The position numbers and the translations under genes were made by a program. A stretch of DNA of 64,000 bases. It comes from a virus (taxonomy: Duplodnaviria > Heunggongvirae > Uroviricota > Caudoviricetes). Shown piece by piece: positions 9,907 through 18,080 of the stretch. The notes under the pieces are model-generated. The model searched no databases. It was not told where the DNA came from and was given only the letters and a program-made list of their open reading frames with translations. The DNA is taken from the IMG/VR virus record IMGVR_UViG_3300023707_000001; one strand, given 5' to 3'. Position 1 is the first letter of the stretch. Each line of letters starts with the position of its first letter.

Positions 9907-11199
9907 ATGAGTGAAAGAAAGAAAAAGAAAACAGCCCTTATAAGGGAGCATATGCTTGAGCCGGATTTTCGCAAGAAGATTCGTCTCAACGACAAACTGA
10001 TTGGGCTTGACGACCTTACCCCCGAAATTCGTAAGAAGATAACCAATATTGCTTTGAATGAGGGAACGGCGTATGACGATAATGAACTCCGTGAGCGAAT
10101 TACAAATCTGGAAAACGGAGGAACTACGCTTGGTGAAGTATTCGTAAAAGACCTGGACAAGGTTTCCCGCAAAGACCTGGATTATAATGCTCAGGTGGCA
10201 TATGACAGAGCAAATGAAGTCCCGGAACTGCAGGAGAAGAAAGCGGATAAAGAATATGTGGATGAAAACTTCCGCAAGAAGGCTATCCCAGTAATTCAGG
10301 GCGACTTTGACCCACTGCTGCAGAAAAAGCTTAATGATATGCAGGCAAATCTTAACAGTATCATGGCAAATTTTGATTCCAATAGCGGTGCAGTAACCTC
10401 CGTCCAAGCCCTCGAAGAGGCAGTTAAAAACCTTAGTACGACGAAGGTTGAAAAGACCTACGTGGATAAAACCTTCCGTAAGGCTATTGACCAAATTTCG
10501 TTGTCTGATGTGGATAGCACTATCGCAGAGCCTGTCAATTCAATCCCGCAGATGCAGAAAAAATTGGATGACGCGGCAATGCTGTCAGACCTGGAAAACT
10601 ACCGGCCAAAAGCAGATCAAATCCGAATGGAAGATATGACAAACGATTTGCGCGATAAGCTTAAGAAAGTTTTCGATAGTGCGGACGATGCTAAGAAGGC
10701 CGCAGAAGAGTCATTCAAAGAAAACTTTGATTCCTATGGTATAACCCAGATACTCGACCGTTATGGTGACCTTATCTGTACAGACCCTGTTAACCCGCAT
10801 GTAATTGCTGGTGTTGACCAGATGAGTGACATGGAAAGAAAGTTCAAAGGTATTTATCCGTTCAGTCTTGCCGTAAACATCACAAAGTATATCGGGACGT
10901 ATGGTATCGGGGAGTCCAATCCATTGGGCGGCCGCATGAGTTTTTCCGGAGCTATCAATTATCTGTACGATTTGATTATGAAGACGTCCGGTGATGAAAG
11001 CCCGTTTGGCCTGTTCTTGAACTCTGGTAAAAAAGATATTAAGAAGCTCCGGGATGAATTGGATGCCTTAACGGAAACGGTCGAAACTATGCAGGGCGAT
11101 ATTGAAGACCTGCAGACGGAAAACACTGCACTGAAAGAGCGCGTCAAAAAACTGGAAGATAGCAGTAGCAGCGGAAGCGACAGCGGTGGAAAAAAATAA
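9907..11199 (+). CDS. Coiled-coil structural-region protein
   Basis: YDDNELRERITNLE, KADKEYVD and a C-terminal coiled coil. Confidence 0.55.
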   Translation: MSERKKKKTALIREHMLEPDFRKKIRLNDKLIGLDDLTPEIRKKITNIALNEGTAYDDNELRERITNLENGGTTLGEVFVKDLDKVSRKDLDYNAQVAYDRANEVPELQEKKADKEYVDENFRKKAIPVIQGDFDPLLQKKLNDMQANLNSIMANFDSNSGAVTSVQALEEAVKNLSTTKVEKTYVDKTFRKAIDQISLSDVDSTIAEPVNSIPQMQKKLDDAAMLSDLENYRPKADQIRMEDMTNDLRDKLKKVFDSADDAKKAAEESFKENFDSYGITQILDRYGDLICTDPVNPHVIAGVDQMSDMERKFKGIYPFSLAVNITKYIGTYGIGESNPLGGRMSFSGAINYLYDLIMKTSGDESPFGLFLNSGKKDIKKLRDELDALTETVETMQGDIEDLQTENTALKERVKKLEDSSSSGSDSGGKK

Positions 11200-11217
11200 G
11201 AAAGAGCAGGATAAGCA

Positions 11218-11847
11218 ATGAGATTACTTAGGTACGATGCAAAAAAGAAACGGTGGATACAGCTGTTTGCCGATTCTGCCTTGGATAAGTATAAAAACCT
11301 TTCGGATGTCGTTGATAAAAAAGCGGCACGAGATAATCTCGAACTGGATGAATATTATTGGAATAAAGCGGCGTTGAAAGACGGCGCCGCTGTCAATTCC
11401 ATCCATAACGTATGTGTTATCCAGGATGAGAAAGCTCAGTTTGTAACGAAGGCAGATAAAGAAAACTGGAACCAGAAGGTAGACCGGCCAATCGTAAAAT
11501 CCACTGCGGATGAAGAACTTCCCGAAATGACGGAAGGCCAGATGGTTTACAACCGCGCTACGGATACCATCAAGGTTAAGATTGACGGTAAAATTCGCGA
11601 TTTTGAAAACAACCGCGAAATCCATGGCACAGCAAATTTTGCAGGAATGGGAAATGAAGTTAAGATTGAACATCATCTGGAAACCATTCACGGCGTAAAA
11701 ATAACGCCAAAATTTGTTGGCATATCATGTGTCACCAACCCTGGAGGAATGTTAGGTGAAACATGGACGAGAAAAGACGATACGTATTTTTATGTAGGGA
11801 ATACAGGTAGTTATCAAGGGCCATTTGAATATATGGTTTACTACTAA
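11218..11847 (+). CDS. Tail-fibre-like protein
   Basis: NLSDVVDKKAARDNLEL and QFVTKADKENWNQK motifs typical of phage fibres. Confidence 0.6.
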   Translation: MRLLRYDAKKKRWIQLFADSALDKYKNLSDVVDKKAARDNLELDEYYWNKAALKDGAAVNSIHNVCVIQDEKAQFVTKADKENWNQKVDRPIVKSTADEELPEMTEGQMVYNRATDTIKVKIDGKIRDFENNREIHGTANFAGMGNEVKIEHHLETIHGVKITPKFVGISCVTNPGGMLGETWTRKDDTYFYVGNTGSYQGPFEYMVYY

Positions 11848-11869
11848 GGTTTTTTTGGAGGAAATAATT

Positions 11870-13144
11870 TTGAGACAACTACCAACAGCGGCAAGCTTAC
11901 TTTTAACGGAAAACTGCAACTTGCGATGCACTTATTGTTTTGAGAAACACAACAAAACAAAAATGAGCAAAGAGGTTGGACGAAAGGCAATCGACTGGCT
12001 TTCGGATAATGCTGTGAAAACAGGCCTGGATGAGTTTTCCGTTCTCCTCTTTGGGGGAGAACCGCTACTCAATATCGACACGATTGAGGAAGTGTTAGAA
12101 TACGGCGTAAAAGTCGCAGACGAAAAAGGACTCCGCTTTACGGCGTCAATGGTTACGAATGCCACAGTAATGAATGACCATATTTATAGCGTACTCCGTA
12201 AATACCGCGACATGGTTAATCTTGGCATACAGCTTTCTGTGGATGGAATTCCTGAAGTACAGGACAGATACAGATTGACGGTTGCCGGAAAAGGCTCGTG
12301 GCATATGGTTGAAAAGAATCTGCCAAGATTCAAGGAGCTTTACGATAACAACCCGGACGATAACCGCCTGTCCATTCATGGCTGCATCAATAAGGAAACA
12401 ATGCCATTCCTGTATGAGAATTACAACTTCTTCCGTAAGGAATTAGGGTTCAAGCGTATCTGGTTCCTTCCGATAGCCGAGGAAAAATGGGATGCGTCAG
12501 ATGTAAAGCTCTATCAGGAAAACAGCCAAAAAATCTTCAACGACTGTGTCGCAGATTTGCTGCAGAGCATGGACTATCAGGAAGCTCTCAATTATGCGCC
12601 GTTTGATAAGTTTGCAAATGGTCTGGAGTGTCGCCCGGACGCACCGTGCGGCGCCGGCAGAAGTTTTGTCACAATAACCGCAACGGGCGAAATTTATCCA
12701 TGCCATCAAATCTACTTCAATGACCCGGAAAAAGATACGCTGATTGGCAATGTGATGGGCGATGGAGAACTGGATGAAGACAGACGAAGAATTTTCCTTG
12801 AATACGAAGAGGAAGATATTGGATGTCAGGATTGCCCAAATACACAGTGCTACAGATGTCTTGCTACAAACTATGTAAACAACGGAGGCATTCTCTCTCA
12901 AATTAGGGGGCTGTATTGTGCCCTGTCTGGTATCGACAGATATTTCCAAGGCAAAATGTTGGAGGTTGTACGGAAATTGCGTCTGGCATCACAGGGCGAC
13001 GATGAAGTGCAGGACTGCTTGTGTAATTCCCGAAGTGCAACGTCAGTTAATGGCTGCGATATCGTAAATAACAAAGACTTGTGTCAGTCGGGAAACAATC
13101 CTAAAGCGCCGGGATGCCTCTGCGACGTAGATAGCGGATTTTAA
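11870..13144 (+). CDS. Radical SAM/SPASM-domain enzyme (anSME/peptide-maturase type) with Cys-rich C-terminal tail
   Basis: CNLRCTYC; FGGEPLL; SPASM CGAG...GEIYPCH...CQDC...CYRC...C; GGAGG RBS before TTG 11870. Confidence 0.92.
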   Translation: MRQLPTAASLLLTENCNLRCTYCFEKHNKTKMSKEVGRKAIDWLSDNAVKTGLDEFSVLLFGGEPLLNIDTIEEVLEYGVKVADEKGLRFTASMVTNATVMNDHIYSVLRKYRDMVNLGIQLSVDGIPEVQDRYRLTVAGKGSWHMVEKNLPRFKELYDNNPDDNRLSIHGCINKETMPFLYENYNFFRKELGFKRIWFLPIAEEKWDASDVKLYQENSQKIFNDCVADLLQSMDYQEALNYAPFDKFANGLECRPDAPCGAGRSFVTITATGEIYPCHQIYFNDPEKDTLIGNVMGDGELDEDRRRIFLEYEEEDIGCQDCPNTQCYRCLATNYVNNGGILSQIRGLYCALSGIDRYFQGKMLEVVRKLRLASQGDDEVQDCLCNSRSATSVNGCDIVNNKDLCQSGNNPKAPGCLCDVDSGF

Positions 13145-13171
13145 CAGAATAATGAATAAGAGGACGATAGG

Positions 13172-13957
13172 ATGGCTTTAAGAAGCTTAAAAAACACATA
13201 CAGCCGAATGGTTGATGATATAAGACAAAGCGGGCCAGCCAATAATGATTGGAAGGATTTGGCAACCTTAAAGGACCGGCTTGACAAAATGTATAAGTAT
13301 CGCAATAACGAGATAATCGATAGCGACCCCAGAAATTCAAATGATGATACGCCAGGACAGATTCATAATGTGTGTACGCAACATTATTACAAAAGCTTCA
13401 AGGACTTCCAGCAGAAAATGGGAGTGGATTACAGCCTGTCCATCGGTGATATCGACAATGCTCTCGATAGTATGCCGTATTGTACATGCAATGGCCGGTC
13501 TATGCAAGCATGCAAATGTGTGGCCCGAGATGCTGGCGATCATTGTTCGTGCAATGTAAGAGCGCCTATTGGGTGCGCTTGCGTATACCGCAACGGTGGC
13601 AAGTATGGCAGCCCGTGTGCAATAAATAGCTACAATTTTGGATGCAGCTGTGTAAGCCGGGCGGCTACTAGAGATTGTGATTGCAACGGTCGTTGCTCCT
13701 GTAATGTGGTGAATGAATACACCATGAAAACATATAGACAGAAGCTAAACGACGAAGGCATTACGGAAACCTGCCGTTGTGTATCAAGGCAGCTTGGCGA
13801 TGTATGCCTGTGTCACGCCAGAACTGTTGCAGCACAACCCCCTACTCATAGGCATACAATGGGGTGTAATACAAAGTATAATGTGCCGCAAAAATATTGT
13901 GACTGCGTACAGAGAACGTCATCAATATCGTGTGAATACCACGAAATACATTTATAA
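13172..13957 (+). CDS. Cys-rich CxCxxR-repeat protein, putative radical SAM substrate
   Basis: 24 Cys; nine CxCxxR motifs after an approximately 100-aa Cys-poor N-terminus; GAGGA RBS. Confidence 0.8.
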   Translation: MALRSLKNTYSRMVDDIRQSGPANNDWKDLATLKDRLDKMYKYRNNEIIDSDPRNSNDDTPGQIHNVCTQHYYKSFKDFQQKMGVDYSLSIGDIDNALDSMPYCTCNGRSMQACKCVARDAGDHCSCNVRAPIGCACVYRNGGKYGSPCAINSYNFGCSCVSRAATRDCDCNGRCSCNVVNEYTMKTYRQKLNDEGITETCRCVSRQLGDVCLCHARTVAAQPPTHRHTMGCNTKYNVPQKYCDCVQRTSSISCEYHEIHL

Positions 13958-13986
13958 GTAGTTAGTTAAGTAGTTAAGGAGTTAAT

Positions 13987-14880
13987 ATGCTGGAAAGATA
14001 CGTCATTCACGTTACCAAAGCATGCAATATGGATTGTTTTTACTGCTACGAGCAGGACAAAACAAGCAAGTATACAAAAGAGGAAGTTCTTGGCACCGTT
14101 GAAAAAATCGCCGCAAATTGCAAAGACAAAGAATTTGGTGTGGAATTTCTTGGCGGTGAGCCAATGCTTGCTTTTGATATTATCAAGGCGGTATATGAAT
14201 ATTTGGAGGAAAATTACAAGGGCCGCGTCAGGGATTACGTCATCACAACAAACGGCACAATACTGACGGATGATATGTTGGCATACCTACAGGAAAATCC
14301 TAAAATCGTATATGCTGTTAGCCTGGACGGTACGAAGTGGGCAAACCAGCTTCGCCGTTTTAAGGGCGGGGCCGGAGCATTTGAGCCGGTTGTGGCAAAC
14401 TTAAAGAAAGCAATCAACGGGCTTTCCGATGAACAGATAAGCGTACATATGGTAACGCATCCATTTAATGTCGGCAACATATTTAATAGCATTAAGTTTA
14501 TTCATAGCATGGGTGTTAAATACATCGGTGTTGGTACAGTGGAAAGTACAATGCTTATTGATGCGATGTACTGTGAAAGATTCGTTCAGGAAATGGATAA
14601 AGTAAGCCAGGCTATTGTTAGTGGTGAGCTGGCCGGGGTGGAGATAGATATTCTAAACACCGTTAAGCCTGTTGATGATGTGCGTACGTACATTAAAGAT
14701 GATACCGGCAAGGTAATCGGCGAAAGCTATGGTAGAAGCAAGGACGATATAACGTATACGAATGAATTTAACAGCGTGCGTACGGCATCGCCGATTGGGG
14801 ATGTAATTGTTTCGCTGCGCAGATGCGTTTATGAAAATCACCAGTATAGACTCGGAGGAAATAATGATAAAATCGCTTGA
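13987..14880 (+). CDS. Radical SAM enzyme lacking SPASM cysteines
   Basis: CNMDCFYC; FLGGEPML; ITTNG; VSLDG; AAGGAG RBS. Confidence 0.9.
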   Translation: MLERYVIHVTKACNMDCFYCYEQDKTSKYTKEEVLGTVEKIAANCKDKEFGVEFLGGEPMLAFDIIKAVYEYLEENYKGRVRDYVITTNGTILTDDMLAYLQENPKIVYAVSLDGTKWANQLRRFKGGAGAFEPVVANLKKAINGLSDEQISVHMVTHPFNVGNIFNSIKFIHSMGVKYIGVGTVESTMLIDAMYCERFVQEMDKVSQAIVSGELAGVEIDILNTVKPVDDVRTYIKDDTGKVIGESYGRSKDDITYTNEFNSVRTASPIGDVIVSLRRCVYENHQYRLGGNNDKIA

Positions 14881-15853
14881 ACACATCAAAGGACTTTGGG
14901 CAAAGTTAGACAAAAACGAAAAGCTGAGCATATACATCAATATCCCGTTCTGTAAATGTCAGTGCAGGTATTGCCTTTATAAAGGAGAGCCGGGCGCGGG
15001 GGACGAAGAACATCGAAAGTTTGTATACGATTACCTGATTCCGTCAATCAAAAGATTCCATGACTTATTCGATGAGCATGAAATCGAAACGATATACTTC
15101 GGTGGCGGAACACCAAATGCAATCCCCATAAAATACATTATGGATATATGCGATGCAACAGCATGCTTCAATCGAGCAAAGAATAGAATTATTGAAATGA
15201 ATCCGGCGTACTGCTCCGTTCAGGACGTAGAACTGTTAACCGATTTTGGTTTTACACTGATTACGTTCGGCGTTCAGTCGTTCTGCAAAGAAGCTCTTAA
15301 TTTCCAGCAAAGGCCATACTGCAGCGAGGATAAAATCACAAAACTTGGCAAGGCTATCCAGTCTCTTGGCGGAAAGTTCAGTCTGGACATCATGTGCTAT
15401 TTGCTAAAGTATGACAAGAGCGACCTTGAGATATTCAAACAGGATGTTGAGATTGCGAAAAGAACGAACGCGGACTTTGTAACGATATACCCGGAGCTGA
15501 ACCTAATCCTGAATGATGAACAGGCAGCAAACGATTTTGTGCAATGCGTAAAGAATGTTGACTGGAGCGGATATTGGCTGGACGATGATACTACCAATAT
15601 AGAAAAGACGCACAGATTGATAACTCGGATGGTTAAGGACAAATACAGTGAAGAAGAATTCTATGAAAGCATCCTTCCTTATTATGCGGACGACTTCCCA
15701 TACGCAACACAAAACATTGTTAGTTTTGGCGCAGGAAATGGTAAGCATGATGTAATGTCCTATGTGCCGGGAGAATTCTATTATGTAGAAGTCAACCTGG
15801 GAACCAATACACCAATATACAATATGAAATTCGAAGAAGGGGAACCGCAATAG
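14864..15853 (+). CDS. HemN-like (class C) radical SAM enzyme
   Basis: SIYINIPFCKCQCRYC; TIYFGGGTP; TFGVQSF; GGAGG before ATG 14864; overlaps the upstream stop. Confidence 0.88.
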   Translation: MIKSLEHIKGLWAKLDKNEKLSIYINIPFCKCQCRYCLYKGEPGAGDEEHRKFVYDYLIPSIKRFHDLFDEHEIETIYFGGGTPNAIPIKYIMDICDATACFNRAKNRIIEMNPAYCSVQDVELLTDFGFTLITFGVQSFCKEALNFQQRPYCSEDKITKLGKAIQSLGGKFSLDIMCYLLKYDKSDLEIFKQDVEIAKRTNADFVTIYPELNLILNDEQAANDFVQCVKNVDWSGYWLDDDTTNIEKTHRLITRMVKDKYSEEEFYESILPYYADDFPYATQNIVSFGAGNGKHDVMSYVPGEFYYVEVNLGTNTPIYNMKFEEGEPQ

Positions 15854-15888
15854 AACCCCTCCATCGAAAAAGAAATGGAGGAGCATAA

Positions 15889-16911
15889 ATGTCCAAGCCT
15901 CAGGGTGTCCATAAAGTCAGCGAAAACATTGTTCAGCTGGGAAGAGGAGTAATCTATACAGAAGAACTGGACAATATCGATATGGAAAAAGTCCCAGATG
16001 GTTCTATTTGGGTGAATGTAGACAATGGTGGTTTGGCGGTAAAGTTGAGAGGGAGCGATTCATTCACAGAGCTCCCAATCGGCCTTGCTGACGCTGATGA
16101 TGACGAAAGTCAGAAACTGCTGGAAGAGTTTGTAAAAAAGTATGCAAACGCCGATATCCAGCACAAGCACATCGAGGAAGATGTCCTAAAAAATAAAGAG
16201 AAGATACAAGAGTTAAAATCTCTGCTTGAAAAACTGCAAGAGCAAATTCACAACATAAACATATACGCCCTATACGAAAGTTTGACTGACAGGTTTACAG
16301 AGCAGGGAAACGAAATTATAACACTGCGAAGGGAAAAACTCGATAAGAAGGACCTAAAGCTCTTTGTTACAATAGACCAGATGGAACCGATTATCCAGGA
16401 AAGGACAGCGCAGTTTGCAAGCAGAAAAGAGCTTGCTGAAATAAAAACCGACTTCAACAATGTCGTAAAGACCTTTGCAACAAAAGATGAGCTGGATAAA
16501 AAGCTGTTTGAAAAAACACAGCCACTGGCTCAAGAGAAAGACGTTCAAACGTTAGGGGAGCAGTTAAAAACGCTTATTCAGGAAGTAGAGGAAATCAAGC
16601 TTGATAACCAGGAGAAAGCAAAAGAGCTAGATGAAAAGTTTGGGGATATTGACGATAAGCTTATTGAGCTCGACGCAGCAACCGGAGATAAGGTTATCAA
16701 ATCGCTTACACTGGAAGCTGGACAAACCAAGCCATGCGAAATTGACGAAGGAAAGCAATATCGCATAATGCAAGTTTATATCAAAAAGCCGAGCGAGGAC
16801 TTGTGGTCATTCGATACAGAGCAAATTGATGTTGCAGCTGATGAGAATGGGGCAGTTAATGTTACAAACAAGTCATCGAATGAACTTGATTGTTTACTGA
16901 TACTGATGTAA
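15889..16911 (+). CDS. Coiled-coil structural-region protein (N-terminal paralog of 9221)
   Basis: GGAGG RBS; shared KVSEN N-terminal domain; long heptad region. Confidence 0.55.
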   Translation: MSKPQGVHKVSENIVQLGRGVIYTEELDNIDMEKVPDGSIWVNVDNGGLAVKLRGSDSFTELPIGLADADDDESQKLLEEFVKKYANADIQHKHIEEDVLKNKEKIQELKSLLEKLQEQIHNINIYALYESLTDRFTEQGNEIITLRREKLDKKDLKLFVTIDQMEPIIQERTAQFASRKELAEIKTDFNNVVKTFATKDELDKKLFEKTQPLAQEKDVQTLGEQLKTLIQEVEEIKLDNQEKAKELDEKFGDIDDKLIELDAATGDKVIKSLTLEAGQTKPCEIDEGKQYRIMQVYIKKPSEDLWSFDTEQIDVAADENGAVNVTNKSSNELDCLLILM

Positions 16912-16914
16912 TAG

Positions 16915-18000
16915 GTGATAACAATGAAATCAAAAGCTACAGCACTTCATGTTGCAGAATTGAATGAGAGAGTCTTGGATAACGCAAGAAATGTAAGACG
17001 CTGTCTCGAAATGGTTGAAGAAATAGCCATACAGATTAACGAAGCGATTGAAAGCTACCGTAATTTTAAGCGGGATAAGAAAGTTTGCATGGATGCCGTT
17101 AATCTGGAGGTAACAAACCGAGAACTCCAGTACGGAGTAATTGAAAAGCAGATGGCCGGTATCCAAAAAGCTGCCCGTGAGATGGAGGACATGCGGGAGA
17201 GCTTTGAAGAAACCAGAGCAACTGTGGTGGAGAATTCGTCAACCATCACAGATATTACGAAAAACATTGAACAGCTAAAAAACGACGTCACAAAAGAATT
17301 TGCAAAGAAGATAAGCACATCTGGCGGCACGATATATGGTGACCTGACCGTAACCGGCATGGTTAATGGCCGTGCTGAGAAAGCAAAGGAAGCGGAAAGT
17401 GTCGAGTGGGATGCTGTGCAAAACAGGCCGGAATATTATCCGCCCGCACAACATAACCATGATGACCTTTATCCTGCAATCAATGGTGAGCGGGCCGAAG
17501 GTAAATGGAATATCGATATTTCTGGTAAGGCAGATAAGGCTGGCGATGCAGACCGAGCCGATAATGCCGACCATGCAGCAGTTGCAGATAAGATTGATTG
17601 GGCAGGTATTGAGAACAAACCAGAAAATTACCCGCCGGCAGAGCATAACCACGATGCCTTGTATCCATCCATAAAAGGTGAACGTGCAGAAGGTGTCTGG
17701 AATATTGATATCGACGGTGAGGCAAAAAGGGCCAAATCCGACAGCGAAGGCAATATTATCACTGCAACCTATGTGAAAAAAACTGACATGGGGGAACTGC
17801 AGAAAGAAATCGGCAAAATTTCGACGGAGATAAAAGAATCCTTAAAGGGGACATCTGTTGAAAACGAAACGCCGGATGAAAAAATCACGCTGCGCTGTGA
17901 AGTTGAAAATGGCATGCTCACGGTTGTTCCTTATGTGAATGGGGAGCGGGCCTACATTACTTCCAGTGTTATTGCCTGTGAAGACACCAGTGAAGAATAA
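16915..18000 (+). CDS. Tail-fibre-like protein with internal repeat
   Basis: Two copies of W..(V/I).N(R/K)PE.YPPA.HNHD.LYP.I.GERAEG.WNIDI; GGTIYGDLTVTG motif. Confidence 0.65.
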   Translation: MITMKSKATALHVAELNERVLDNARNVRRCLEMVEEIAIQINEAIESYRNFKRDKKVCMDAVNLEVTNRELQYGVIEKQMAGIQKAAREMEDMRESFEETRATVVENSSTITDITKNIEQLKNDVTKEFAKKISTSGGTIYGDLTVTGMVNGRAEKAKEAESVEWDAVQNRPEYYPPAQHNHDDLYPAINGERAEGKWNIDISGKADKAGDADRADNADHAAVADKIDWAGIENKPENYPPAEHNHDALYPSIKGERAEGVWNIDIDGEAKRAKSDSEGNIITATYVKKTDMGELQKEIGKISTEIKESLKGTSVENETPDEKITLRCEVENGMLTVVPYVNGERAYITSSVIACEDTSEE

Positions 18001-18080
18001 TAAAGAAAAACATAACGCGGTCTTGTTTAGACCGCCGTTTGTGTGCGTAATATTCCGACAAGAAAGATAAAATAAGAAAG

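Noticed and set aside
13955-13985. TAAGTAGTT-type short repeat before the second rSAM (similar AAGTAGTTTAAG at about 35972 and 52093)
   Set aside because: Too short and low-complexity to support a regulatory call
11870-15853. rSAM genes as heme biosynthesis, sulfatase maturation or 7-deazaguanine DNA modification
   Set aside because: No hem, sulfatase, queCD/folE or dpdA genes nearby; the adjacent Cys-repeat protein is the more parsimonious substrate
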